Source: an uncultured virus (IMG/VR IMGVR_UViG_3300008113_000087)
Lineage: Duplodnaviria; Heunggongvirae; Uroviricota; Caudoviricetes
IMG/VR virus record: IMGVR_UViG_3300008113_000087
DNA length: 64,000 nt
Reading direction: 5' to 3' (one strand)
Below are positions 1 through 9,515 of this stretch, piece after piece. Made by a program: the position numbers and the translations under genes. Position 1 is the first letter of the stretch. Every line of letters starts with the position of its first letter. Under the pieces are notes generated by a model. It searched no databases, was not told the origin of the DNA, and was given only the letters and a program-made list of their open reading frames with translations.

Positions 1-188
1 TATAGAGTCTTACGCATAATATCATACATGCGCACTTTTCCGTCCCAAAGTTTAGCACGATATTGTGGCGTAAACCTTGCTCCTGGATACTCATAGGTAA
101 AGAACTCAGATAGTTCATATAAGATACCTTCATCTTCTGAAAGAACTCTTACATAAACATGATCAATCTTCTCAATTTTTAATTTCAT
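1..188 (-). CDS. uvsW: DNA helicase UvsW, N-terminal part (runs off window)
   Basis: Manual translation MKLKIEKIDHVYVRV...ELSEFFTYEYPGARFTPQYRAKLWDGKVRMYD matches the UvsW N-terminus; ATG overlaps uvsY stop (TAATG). Confidence 0.9.
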   Translation of the reverse strand, partial: MKLKIEKIDHVYVRVLSEDEGILYELSEFFTYEYPGARFTPQYRAKLWDGKVRMYDIMRKTL

Positions 189-625
189 TAAGCACCACTA
201 ATAAACTTTTTCCAATCAATAGCACCTTTAATTTGAAAGTCTCTTGATTTTATTTGTCCAAGTATTGATTCGCTGAAAGTTATGATTGCTGAGAGATACT
301 CAACCTTCATAAATTCTTTATTTAAGTCAGGATCGCCTGATAGAAATTCATCCATCTCATTCTTCAATGGTTTGGCGCCTTGCCATTGTTCCCATCCACA
401 TTCGATTAATTCTTGCTTACCCATCTCGCCACGATAGTATCGAAACTTTGCTTGTCGAAGTGTGTTGTAATCTGCCTTTACTTTGGCAAGTTTCAACTTG
501 TTCGCTATTAGGATGTTTAAGTATTTAGAGTGGAGATTGGGAGTGCGGACAGCTTCTTTGTCCAGTCGATCGTCATCTATCTGACAATCTATTCCCCACA
601 TCTCTTGTAGTTGTTCAATATTCAT
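188..625 (-). CDS. uvsY: Recombination mediator UvsY
   Basis: D..ID...LD.E....PNLHSKYL and RDFQIKGAIDWKKF..G motifs; adjacent to uvsW. Confidence 0.92.
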   Translation of the reverse strand: MNIEQLQEMWGIDCQIDDDRLDKEAVRTPNLHSKYLNILIANKLKLAKVKADYNTLRQAKFRYYRGEMGKQELIECGWEQWQGAKPLKNEMDEFLSGDPDLNKEFMKVEYLSAIITFSESILGQIKSRDFQIKGAIDWKKFISGA

Positions 626-649
626 TGTAAAATCTCCATAGGTATATCC

Positions 650-678
650 ATTATACCTTAAAGGTCAATTAATGTAAA
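650..678 (-). promoter_or_regulatory. sigma70-type early/middle promoter for uvsY-uvsW
   Basis: Minus strand TTTACA-N17-TATAAT, followed by GGAG SD. Confidence 0.75.
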
Positions 679-681
679 GGA

Positions 682-1215
682 TTACAAGAACTTGTAATAT
701 GAGAATTTAAAGGTTGCGTTTGCAACTACGTAAGGCACATCTGAGTTTGTTGATTGGAACACAATAGAAGATAGTGCTATTGGAAAACAATCATAGAATT
801 GAACACTTTGATTCGATGTATTCACGTTTGATAAAATTTGTAACTGTGCGTCAGAATAATTTGTAGCAAGTTCACTGATGGCTGCGATTTGCGCTTCGTC
901 AACCAATTCAACATATTGTGTATATGACTCAGGGAATCCCAAGGCAACCATCCAATTATATACGGCTTTATAATTTGCCATCTCCTCATCAACCATAAAG
1001 CGTATTTCAAAGGCATCATACGTGAGTGTTTCGCCAGGAACTGGAACACGTGCGAAAGGTGTGCCGAACTCTGGCTCGCCCAGCGATAGTCCAGGCAAGT
1101 TTACCTCTTGCGCGAAAAATGTTAGATCTGGTAATTTGTTTATTTCAAATCTAAATCCATTGGGACTTAAGAAGTTTACATTGTCTGGTACAGTACCATA
1201 AGTGTTTTGTGTCAT
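682..1215 (-). CDS. gp3: Tail tube terminator / tail completion protein (gp3-like)
   Basis: NFLSPNGFRF...FFAQEVNLPG...VDEEMANYKAVYNW, tube fold; lies between gp23 and uvsY as in T4-like phages. Confidence 0.8.
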   Translation of the reverse strand: MTQNTYGTVPDNVNFLSPNGFRFEINKLPDLTFFAQEVNLPGLSLGEPEFGTPFARVPVPGETLTYDAFEIRFMVDEEMANYKAVYNWMVALGFPESYTQYVELVDEAQIAAISELATNYSDAQLQILSNVNTSNQSVQFYDCFPIALSSIVFQSTNSDVPYVVANATFKFSYYKFL

Positions 1216-1433
1216 TGGTTATCTCTCTGTTTATTGAGATGGTCGCGAAGATCCATAACTTTTTCCTGCTTGATCATTTCAATAATATCATTAGTAAGTC
1301 GTATTTCTTTTTGAATAAAAAACATCTTCTCCTGCAGTTTTTCAAGCTGTTCAGCATAAAACTGCATCTCTTTTTCTTTCCGTACTTTTATATCAATAAG
1401 GTCAGAAAGTATGATTACCTTTAATTCGCTCAT
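1212..1433 (-). CDS. Hypothetical coiled-coil protein
   Basis: 73-aa ORF directly downstream of a late promoter, overlapping gp3 start (ATGA). Confidence 0.7.
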   Translation of the reverse strand: MSELKVIILSDLIDIKVRKEKEMQFYAEQLEKLQEKMFFIQKEIRLTNDIIEMIKQEKVMDLRDHLNKQRDNQ

Positions 1434-1441
1434 TATACATC

Positions 1442-1449
1442 TATTTATA
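1442..1449 (-). promoter_or_regulatory. T4-type late promoter TATAAATA
   Basis: Exact gp55 consensus upstream of ORF 1433. Confidence 0.8.
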
Positions 1450-1453
1450 TAAT

Positions 1454-1476
1454 AAAAAAAGGGAGCCGAAGCTCCC
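1454..1476 (-). terminator. Rho-independent terminator after gp23
   Basis: GGGAGC-TTCG-GCTCCC followed by T7 on minus strand. Confidence 0.9.
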
Positions 1477-1512
1477 TTTTAAATACCACTCTTATCGGTG
1501 GTTCAACCAAAA

Positions 1513-2814
1513 TTACATTAGGTTGTTTACACGTACTTTGCGGTAGTAGTAGTTCTCGCCAGCAACCATGTTGCCAGAACCGTCCAATTGAACGAATGGA
1601 TTTGAGACCATGCCGTAGCGAGTCTTGAAACCAATCTTTGGTTGGAAAGTAGCTGGATCAACTGCACGAACCAATTGTAATGGAACGTATGGGCAGTAGA
1701 ACAAGCCAGCGTCAAAAGCGGATGCGCCTTTGTAGCCAACTACGAAGAACTGTTGACCAGTACCTGCAGATGCGTTAGCAACGGTATATGGATCAACATA
1801 TACTTTGTAACGACCATTTAGAACACCAGCGAATGTTGTTGAAGACTCATCAACATTTAAGCCATTGTTACCAGCAAGAGCTGGTGTATAGTCAAGAACA
1901 CCTGCCATTGCCATTGCAGAAGCAACGTCGCTAGAACAGATGATAAAGTTACCACGACCACGACGAGTTGTTTGGGCAATTGCATTTGCTTCACGCTCGA
2001 TTTGGAACATTAGACCTTTGAATTTTTCAACAGACCAACGACCATTTGCGTCAACGTCTAAGTCGAAAATACCTGCAGTTGCAGTACCTTGTTGAGCACC
2101 AACTTTAGCGCCACTGTATACAGTACGGATAACTTCGCGATTGATTTCAGCAAGAATTTCTGTAGAAAGAATGCTTGACAATTCGCCTTCAGCATCAAGA
2201 CCATGAACAGCTTTCAAGTCTTGTGCTAGTTCAACTGAGTATTCAGCTTTTAGAGCACGAGTCTTAGCAACTACGCTGGTTTTCTCGATTGAGAATGCCA
2301 TTTCGTTGAAAGTATTTGCGCCACCTAGATCTTCTGCGTTAGCAGTAGTCATACCAGTACCAGTTGTGAAAGAACCAGCGTATGGGTTAGCACCAGCGTG
2401 AGTACCTGTACCAGCGAAGTCTGTATCAGCTTCGTTGTAAAGAGCTTCAGTACCACCTTGTGTGCTATACTTGCTCTTCATTGCGAAGATTAGACCTGTT
2501 GGTTGTGTCATTGGTTGTACACCGCAAATGTCATAAGCGATCATTTGTGGAGCAGCACGACGCACTAGGCTGATAAGAACTGGGTCATAGCCAGCCATAT
2601 TAGCGTTAGAGCCAGAACCACCAAGTGAAAGACCAGTACCGCTAAAGTTAGCAGGAACTGTTTCAAACAATTGTTGACGCTCTTCTTGTAATGCTTTTTC
2701 TTGGTTCTCTAAAAGAACAGCAGTAACTTCCTTACGGTAGTTATTGGTAATAGCAGGCATTGACTCGTGATCGAGGATCGGTGCCCATTTTTTAAGTAGT
2801 TCGGTTCTATCCAT
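1513..2814 (-). CDS. gp23: Major capsid protein
   Basis: GVQPMTQPTGLIFAM, EMAFSIEK, RALKAEYSVELAQDLKAVHGLDAE, FQPKIGFKTRYG. Confidence 0.98.
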   Translation of the reverse strand: MDRTELLKKWAPILDHESMPAITNNYRKEVTAVLLENQEKALQEERQQLFETVPANFSGTGLSLGGSGSNANMAGYDPVLISLVRRAAPQMIAYDICGVQPMTQPTGLIFAMKSKYSTQGGTEALYNEADTDFAGTGTHAGANPYAGSFTTGTGMTTANAEDLGGANTFNEMAFSIEKTSVVAKTRALKAEYSVELAQDLKAVHGLDAEGELSSILSTEILAEINREVIRTVYSGAKVGAQQGTATAGIFDLDVDANGRWSVEKFKGLMFQIEREANAIAQTTRRGRGNFIICSSDVASAMAMAGVLDYTPALAGNNGLNVDESSTTFAGVLNGRYKVYVDPYTVANASAGTGQQFFVVGYKGASAFDAGLFYCPYVPLQLVRAVDPATFQPKIGFKTRYGMVSNPFVQLDGSGNMVAGENYYYRKVRVNNLM

Positions 2815-2838
2815 TATTTACTCCTAAGATTTGGATTG

Positions 2839-3834
2839 TTATTTTTTTGTGTTAAATGCGTTCAAATATGCTTTTACGTTAGGATCAATTACTTTTTCCT
2901 CACGTAGCTCTTCGACTGCACTGTCTGTTACTACAGACTTAACTTCTGAAGATGCCTTTTTAGCAAAATAGTTCTCATGAATTGTTTGTAGCTTTTTCTT
3001 AAATGATTCTGCATCATCATAAGATAGTTCTTCAGACAAAGACTTAAACTTCTCAACTTCAGTGTCTGTCATATCTTTAACGAAAGCATCAACTGTTGCC
3101 TTGCGAGCAGATTCATTGATTGTTTTTGTTAGTTCGATATTCTTAGCAACTGTTTCGTCAAGTTTTGATTCGAGAGATTGAAGTGTTTCTTCCATATCAG
3201 CTAACACATCGAAACGCTCTTCAGGAATTTCGATATACGATTCTTGGAACGCAACTTTCAACTTCTCAATAAAGTCTTCCATGATTTCAGACTTAATACC
3301 AGATTCTAGGGCAAGTTCATTATCAGCAATCCACTGCTCAACCATATAGTTGAGATAACCATCAATCTTTTCAACAAGACCCTCTTTATAATTCTCAACT
3401 TGCTCAGCAAGTTTAGATTCATACTCTTCGTCGAGTTTAACAATTTCTTGTTTAACTCTTGTTACTACTGCTGCTTCGAAAATAGTAGCAGCTTTAGTTT
3501 TAAATTCTTCAGAAAGTTCTTCGCCATTTACAAGAGCAGCAACATCTTCGCTGACATCGATAGTAAATTCGCGAGTCTTAACTTCATCTTCAACGACTTC
3601 TTCTTCTACAAGAGTTTCGTCTTCGATTACTTCTTCTTCTTCTTTGACCGCTTTAAGATTTGATGACTCAGGAGCTGAAGCATTGCTCTTTACATCGCCC
3701 TTCTTGGTAGTTGGCGCTGTCGGCTCGCGAACATCATTTTTCTTATTGCTTGGTTCTTGGTTTTCTTCGCTCAATGCTGTTTTAAGCTGATTTGATTCAG
3801 CCAACATCTCTGCGATTTTCTTTTCAATTGACAT
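2839..3834 (-). CDS. gp22: Prohead core scaffold protein
   Basis: LSEEFKTKAATIFEAAV, DGYLNYMVEQW; acidic coiled coil between gp21 and gp23. Confidence 0.93.
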   Translation of the reverse strand: MSIEKKIAEMLAESNQLKTALSEENQEPSNKKNDVREPTAPTTKKGDVKSNASAPESSNLKAVKEEEEVIEDETLVEEEVVEDEVKTREFTIDVSEDVAALVNGEELSEEFKTKAATIFEAAVVTRVKQEIVKLDEEYESKLAEQVENYKEGLVEKIDGYLNYMVEQWIADNELALESGIKSEIMEDFIEKLKVAFQESYIEIPEERFDVLADMEETLQSLESKLDETVAKNIELTKTINESARKATVDAFVKDMTDTEVEKFKSLSEELSYDDAESFKKKLQTIHENYFAKKASSEVKSVVTDSAVEELREEKVIDPNVKAYLNAFNTKK

Positions 3835-3870
3835 CTTTGATCTCCTATAACTGGATAAGTTCTATGTAAT

Positions 3871-3878
3871 TATTTATA
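3871..3878 (-). promoter_or_regulatory. T4-type late promoter TATAAATA for gp22-23
   Basis: Exact consensus in intergenic region. Confidence 0.8.
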
Positions 3879-3880
3879 AA

Positions 3881-4534
3881 TTATTTGATTTTACTCAAAA
3901 AATTCTGGAAAGCACGGACTTTGGCTTCCGTTAAATTCTTTGATGAAGTTTTACGAATTACACGCTTCACTTCATCTATATGTTTCTCCACAAATTTCCC
4001 ATTAACGAAAACCCATTCCTTGCCTTCCATAATGCCACGAACGAAAGCATCTGGGGCTGAAGGGTCAGCAACGATATCTGCTGCAGTTGACAGCGTAAAA
4101 TCGTCTTGAACAATCTGAACACCATCTTTGTTTTCTTTTAGTGTACCAATTGCTCGACTAGAAACACCAAGATTTGCGCCACCATCTAAAAGACCTCTAG
4201 CAATCATCCCGTTCGGTGTTTCTAAAATTTTTGCTCTTCCATAATAGTTGGAGCCTTCTTTTCTCAACTCAGTAATCATATGTGATACTAAGTGAAGATT
4301 TATGCCTGGACCATCAGGATGACCCAACTCTCCAAAGGCACGATTATTCTTAACTGTTTCTTCCATGTAACGAGCGACTTCTTTATCCATAACTTCAGAT
4401 GGATACATGCGCCCATTCTTATTCTTTAGGTCAGCTTGTAGAAAGATACCTTCGATAAAGTAGTCTTTCTTCTTTCCTACTTTTTCTTCTACGATAAATC
4501 TAACGTCTTGAACTTCTTCTCTAATTAGTTTCAT
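3881..4534 (-). CDS. gp21: Prohead protease
   Basis: IEGIFLQ..KNKNGRMY, AFGELGHP, LGVSSR, DIVADPSAPDAFV. Confidence 0.97.
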   Translation of the reverse strand: MKLIREEVQDVRFIVEEKVGKKKDYFIEGIFLQADLKNKNGRMYPSEVMDKEVARYMEETVKNNRAFGELGHPDGPGINLHLVSHMITELRKEGSNYYGRAKILETPNGMIARGLLDGGANLGVSSRAIGTLKENKDGVQIVQDDFTLSTAADIVADPSAPDAFVRGIMEGKEWVFVNGKFVEKHIDEVKRVIRKTSSKNLTEAKVRAFQNFLSKIK

Positions 4535-4537
4535 AGA

Positions 4538-4948
4538 TTAACTCCCGACCACAGCTGGGTTATCTTTAATGCCGAATGCACCAGTTTCAATTGGATCAGT
4601 GTAACCATCAAACTTCTTAAGTTTTAAATTGATCATACCTGCGCCAGCGAAAGTAACAACAATATCAGATGCTGGTTCATCAATAACAACAAACTCAGAA
4701 TCAACAAAAGATCCTGTACCATGATACGTTGCTACGACAACACTATTTCTTGTTAATGTTATACTTGAACTTGAAGTAAAAGCAACTTGTGTAATAATAA
4801 CTTTTTGCGTTAAGCCAGATGTTACTTCGTTTGTCAGTTTTAAATCTGTTGCTAAAGAAATTGTAGAAGTATCAGATGCAGCTGTTGCAATAATTCTTAC
4901 ATTTGCGTCTTTATTTGTTTTTTTAGTGACTGTTTTTGTCGCTGCCAT
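4538..4948 (-). CDS. Hypothetical protein in head module
   Basis: 136-aa ORF with SD (AAGGA), packed between gp20 and gp21. Confidence 0.7.
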   Translation of the reverse strand: MAATKTVTKKTNKDANVRIIATAASDTSTISLATDLKLTNEVTSGLTQKVIITQVAFTSSSSITLTRNSVVVATYHGTGSFVDSEFVVIDEPASDIVVTFAGAGMINLKLKKFDGYTDPIETGAFGIKDNPAVVGS

Positions 4949-4959
4949 TACTTTGTCCT

Positions 4960-5309
4960 TTAGATTTCTTTAACTACACGCATAAAATTTTCTTTTGACT
5001 CTCTCATGTATTGCACCACATCAGCACGATCTCTCATTAACATATTTAGTTTGTTTTGAGTGGATTCGCTAATAGCAACTACACTTTTGTCTTCGAGCGT
5101 ATAATCTAGTTTACCTGCAATTAATGAAGAGTTTAATTTCATTTCCAAAACTACAGGGTCTATGGTAAAAATATTAGAAGAAGCCAATTCAATATATGAT
5201 TCTACAAGAGTATCAGTTATTTTTTCAATATTATAATGTTTCTTGATATATGAGGCTACCTTATTTTCAGGTATCGTTAAGTCTATGTCTTCTAATATTT
5301 CTAATGTTG
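4960..5309 (-). CDS. Hypothetical prohead-region protein; 5' end lost in N gap
   Basis: Open frame ending ...YMRESKENFMRVVKEI; start obscured by Ns at 5310-5327. Confidence 0.6.
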
Positions 5310-5327
5310 NNNNNNNNNNNNNNNNNN
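5310..5327. other. Assembly gap (18 N)
   Basis: Run of N in the sequence. Confidence 0.99.
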
Positions 5328-5491
5328 TCTTGCTCAACAGCTTCTTTGTTTTGAAACAAAGTCTGCGACATATCTAGTTTCATTTGTTCTATTTTTGCAG
5401 CAACACGTTCTGCAACTTGTGCATTGAACGCTGACTCCATGTCAACTGTTTTACCTGCTGCCATTGCATCAATTAAATCTCTTGTGGTCAT
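5328..5491 (-). CDS. Small prohead core protein (gp67-like); 3' end in gap
   Basis: MTTRDLIDAMAAGKTVDMESAFNAQVAERVAAKIE directly after portal, the position of T4 gp67. Confidence 0.6.
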
Positions 5492-7038
5492 TTACTATCT
5501 CCTTGAGGATCATCTTGTTGTTCACTACCAACTTCATCTGGTTGTTGAGTCACGGGAGTTTGCGCAAACTGTAGCTTGGCAATATGCTCTTGTTCTTCTT
5601 CAACCTGCTTATCAATTTCTTCCATCTCTTCTTCAGATTGGTGTAAAACATGTTTACGAATATATGCAACAGAATAATACTTACCAACAAATGGTTCGAT
5701 TGCCTGAAGCATATTTAACCGACCTTGTAATATCTCAGTACCTTTTAACTCTGCGAAGAAATTATCCTTCATAAAGTCAAACTTGATACTTTGTTCTAGA
5801 TCCATTTCTTCCCAGTCGTCTGGTGAGATAATTGATTTGGCAATCAACTGTACTCTTAATGTATCTAAAAACAATTTTGAAAACTTTTTACGTAAACGAT
5901 TAATAAATTTACTAAACTTAACTTCGTCACGAGTAATCTCTGATGCCTTACCAAGTGTAAAACCTGTATCTTGTCTTAGACGTGTAACAGGAACACTTAA
6001 TGCTTGATATAGTTTATTTTGGAAATAATTGACATCTTCAATATTTGCTAAACTTTGACCACCCTGTAACGTGGTAATCTCAGTTCCCTTACCACCCTCA
6101 CGACGTGGCATCCAAAAATCTTCAAGCATACTAAGGTGTTTTCTATCATCTCTTACTTCACCTGTAGTCGCATCATAAACAACTTTATTCTTAAACTTAT
6201 TCATAATGTCGTTAACATATTGCTCAGCTTTTAACTTAGGCAAGTTACCAACATCAATATAAAACACCCTACGTTCTGGTGCTCTTGTAATTCTATAAAT
6301 CACTAAAGAATCTTCAATCATCTTTAGTTGATTCACTGGCTTAATTGCTTTGTGGAGATGACTCAATGTCATACCAGAGTTGCCATCAGTAAGCCCAGAA
6401 GGAATGAAGATTACGGAATCAAGCGACAGCCTAATTCCTTGCGTTCTTCCTTCAGTAATACCCTTGTCGTTATATAGGTAGTATTCTTCTACACCCTTAA
6501 CAACCTCAGCGCCATTTTTCGCACGCTCTTTTACGATCTCTTTTATCTTACGAATTTTTCGTGGATCAATATATCTTAACTCAACAATACCATTTTTTGG
6601 TTTTTCTAGATCAATCAAAATATGATAGTATAATCTTCCATCTACATACCATGAGCGGAACATTTCATTACAACGATCCTCAAACTTCAACAACTTAAGA
6701 ACCTGAGCAAATTCTTCTTGAATTTTATTCTTAATGTTAGTTGACAATTTTACATGGTCTAAAACAATATTTACTGGAGATTTATTATCCTCAGAAATAA
6801 TTGCTTCATTAACAATGTCTTCGACTGCAGCATCACAATCAGGATACTGAGCCACTTCCCTATACTTCTTAATAAGATCGTTCTCGCTCTTAATTAATGC
6901 ATCAAGATCGAGAACCATCCCAAAATAACCACCCGCACTGTTGACTACCGTACTTCCATCATCAGATGAGGGAACTACCACACTGGGTAGTTCTTTATCT
7001 TTCTTTCGCTTTATTTCAAAACCAAATAATTCAGCCAT
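5488..7038 (-). CDS. gp20: Portal vertex protein
   Basis: WYVDGR, YIDPRKI, IYRITRAPERRVFYIDVGNLP, EDFWMPRREGGKGTEITTL. Confidence 0.98.
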   Translation of the reverse strand: MAELFGFEIKRKKDKELPSVVVPSSDDGSTVVNSAGGYFGMVLDLDALIKSENDLIKKYREVAQYPDCDAAVEDIVNEAIISEDNKSPVNIVLDHVKLSTNIKNKIQEEFAQVLKLLKFEDRCNEMFRSWYVDGRLYYHILIDLEKPKNGIVELRYIDPRKIRKIKEIVKERAKNGAEVVKGVEEYYLYNDKGITEGRTQGIRLSLDSVIFIPSGLTDGNSGMTLSHLHKAIKPVNQLKMIEDSLVIYRITRAPERRVFYIDVGNLPKLKAEQYVNDIMNKFKNKVVYDATTGEVRDDRKHLSMLEDFWMPRREGGKGTEITTLQGGQSLANIEDVNYFQNKLYQALSVPVTRLRQDTGFTLGKASEITRDEVKFSKFINRLRKKFSKLFLDTLRVQLIAKSIISPDDWEEMDLEQSIKFDFMKDNFFAELKGTEILQGRLNMLQAIEPFVGKYYSVAYIRKHVLHQSEEEMEEIDKQVEEEQEHIAKLQFAQTPVTQQPDEVGSEQQDDPQGDSK

Positions 7039-7072
7039 TGTGACCTACTCTCAAAATAATTATAAAAATGTA

Positions 7073-7666
7073 TTAAATACGAATTGGTAGTGATCCGATC
7101 GGTGTATCGATCGATACATTTACACCAACGCCAGAAGCAGTTGCTGTATTTGAAGACCAATAGTTGTATGTAAATTCGCACTCAAATTCTTCAATTGCAT
7201 TTGTTTGATCAAAACTTAACGCAATCGCAGAGATGTTTGTTGGATACGCATCCACAAATCTGTACGATTTAATGATAGCGCCATTACGATCTAACTGGTG
7301 AACATCTAAGTCCACTTGATATTCGCGAGGTGCAGTTCTACCATTTGTTGTTGTTAAATTTTGGATACCATTTGACCATTGTTCCAATGCGTTTCTAATA
7401 TTAAACGAAGTATCGTTAATGATAGTAACAGACCATGGAGCAAAAGTTCTTTCTCCTGCTACGTGAACAGCACGACCACGATATTGGACAGGAATGTCCT
7501 CAATCGTAGCAGCAGGTAATTGTGCAGCTTTACATAAAAACTGAGCACGAGTACCTGCGATAATCCCTGCTGTTACATATGAGGGAAAACTTAGTTCTAC
7601 TCGGAATTGGTTAGGACGTGCCCCACCACCAAGTAGTTGCGCTTTAAAATCAGCAATATTTGCCAT
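7073..7666 (-). CDS. gp19: Tail tube protein
   Basis: GGARPNQFRV, AGERTFAPWSVTIIND, YPTNISAIALS; follows sheath gene. Confidence 0.95.
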   Translation of the reverse strand: MANIADFKAQLLGGGARPNQFRVELSFPSYVTAGIIAGTRAQFLCKAAQLPAATIEDIPVQYRGRAVHVAGERTFAPWSVTIINDTSFNIRNALEQWSNGIQNLTTTNGRTAPREYQVDLDVHQLDRNGAIIKSYRFVDAYPTNISAIALSFDQTNAIEEFECEFTYNYWSSNTATASGVGVNVSIDTPIGSLPIRI

Positions 7667-7686
7667 ATTCTTTTCTCCTTATCTTC

Positions 7687-7694
7687 TATTTAGT
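7687..7694 (-). promoter_or_regulatory. Late promoter variant ACTAAATA for gp19
   Basis: Same octamer recurs upstream of several late genes. Confidence 0.6.
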
Positions 7695-7697
7695 TGA

Positions 7698-9431
7698 TTA
7701 TGCACCGATTTCGTTAAAGTTCACAGACGAACGTGAAGCAACGAAAGTAAGGGTGATAAAGTTAATAGAGCGATTTGGTTTCACGAAGATTTCGGCAACG
7801 AATTCATTGCGGTCAATTACTTCGCCAGTGTTATTTGTATCATCGCACTTTACTCGGAAGTCAGTAACACCTCTACGACCTTGAACATCACGTAGGAATG
7901 GTTCAATTAAGTTTCTGAATTGCGCACGAGTAAAGCCATCGTTAAACTCAAACAGTTGGAATTTAGCAGCAGTTGCAATCGCTTTTTCAAGAACGATAAA
8001 CAAACGACGCACGTTAATTCTATCAAATGCACTTGGTGCAGCCAATAGAGTTTTATCTCCAAACAATACTGTTCCTTCTCCTGGGAATGTAACAACTGGA
8101 TTAATACCCTTTTTATAGAGTGTATCACGTTGTGTTTTTCCTGCGTTTACAGCTAGTTTAACTACGTTTTTAATTTGTCCACGATTTAGACCACCTGGAG
8201 AGAACCAAGGATCTGTAGTGTAATCAGTACGGGCACATAGACCTGCGATATCACCATTCAATGGAATGTAGCGGAATTTATCATTGTATCTGTCATACTG
8301 ATACTTGTAACCAGAATCTAATACGGCATATGAAGAGCTTGGTAGCGCATCACGGTATGCAGTAAGTTTAGCGATTTCGGTAGAAGTAGAACCAATAACA
8401 ATTGATCCGTCGCTAACATCTTGTGGGCTAATAAATGCAACACAATCTTTACGCACTTCAGCAATATTATTGATGATGTATGTAGCGTCAGTAGTAGTTG
8501 CTTTACCTGCCATAACTAGAGAAATATCATACAACTCATCATTAGCAAAAATGCTATATGCTGTTTGTATATTTCCGCTAGAAGGAGCATAGTCATCAGC
8601 ACCACCAGCAAGTGTTACGTTTAATGCTGCAGATAAAGATTTGTATTCTGTGGTAGCACCACTTGATGTAACGCTGGTGATTGCTGCACCCCAAGCTACA
8701 CCTGTTGCTTCAATAGCAGTTGGGTGATCCATCCACCATAGATACTTAGATTGACTATTGATAACAGCTGCATAGTAGTTGTTAGATCCATCTGGTTTCT
8801 TAGCATCAGATGCTTTAGAAAGACCAGTAAATTTCTCTAAAACAGAACCTGCAGTTCCAGTCCATTGACCATCAACGTCAATAACCATGATATGCACTTC
8901 ATCTTCAGCAGCAGTTTTACCTGCATTTACAGCAAAAGGAGATGTGCCAGGAGCATATTCAAATTGAGCTGCTAGATCTGCGTTAGCAGAAGCAAAGGAA
9001 GTAAATGACTCAGAGTCAACCATAATGAATTTAAGAGAATTACCCAATGTTCCAGGATATTTGGCAGCGAATTCGCCGACAGTACCTTGGCCACTTGCGT
9101 AAGCTGAAGTGTAATTATCTAGATTTTTAATCAACACAGGTGTACCAGAGGTACCTGCATTTTTTAAGTTCGTACCAGTTGTTCGCACAACTAATAGATT
9201 GTTTGCGTATGACAAAAAGTTAGCTGCTGTGTAGAATGGAATAAAATTGTTATCGTTTGGTTTCCCGAAACGACTTACAAGTTCATTCTCAGATGCAATC
9301 TGAACTGGATCCTCTACAGGACCCCAAGCAAATGCGCCAGCAAAAGCGCCTGCAGATGTTGATACCGCAGGAACGATTGAAGTTAGATCTCTTTCTACTA
9401 CTGCAACGCCAGGACTAAGTTGGAAAGGCAT
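7698..9431 (-). CDS. gp18: Tail sheath protein
   Basis: MPFQLSPGV, FAWGPV, PWFSPGG.NRG, LFGDKT, AFDRINVRRLF. Confidence 0.98.
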   Translation of the reverse strand: MPFQLSPGVAVVERDLTSIVPAVSTSAGAFAGAFAWGPVEDPVQIASENELVSRFGKPNDNNFIPFYTAANFLSYANNLLVVRTTGTNLKNAGTSGTPVLIKNLDNYTSAYASGQGTVGEFAAKYPGTLGNSLKFIMVDSESFTSFASANADLAAQFEYAPGTSPFAVNAGKTAAEDEVHIMVIDVDGQWTGTAGSVLEKFTGLSKASDAKKPDGSNNYYAAVINSQSKYLWWMDHPTAIEATGVAWGAAITSVTSSGATTEYKSLSAALNVTLAGGADDYAPSSGNIQTAYSIFANDELYDISLVMAGKATTTDATYIINNIAEVRKDCVAFISPQDVSDGSIVIGSTSTEIAKLTAYRDALPSSSYAVLDSGYKYQYDRYNDKFRYIPLNGDIAGLCARTDYTTDPWFSPGGLNRGQIKNVVKLAVNAGKTQRDTLYKKGINPVVTFPGEGTVLFGDKTLLAAPSAFDRINVRRLFIVLEKAIATAAKFQLFEFNDGFTRAQFRNLIEPFLRDVQGRRGVTDFRVKCDDTNNTGEVIDRNEFVAEIFVKPNRSINFITLTFVASRSSVNFNEIGA

Positions 9432-9495
9432 TGTAATTCTCCTTATTACATTATTATTTTTTGATTGCTACTGAGGAGCACGGTCTTCATAGTAT

Positions 9496-9503
9496 TATTT
9501 AGT
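9496..9503 (-). promoter_or_regulatory. Late promoter variant ACTAAATA for gp18
   Basis: Intergenic octamer. Confidence 0.6.
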
Positions 9504-9515
9504 AATTCTATGATT

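Noticed and set aside
5267..5337. Overlapping ORFs suggesting a frameshift or fusion
   Set aside because: They span an 18-N gap of uncertain true length; frames across it are unreliable
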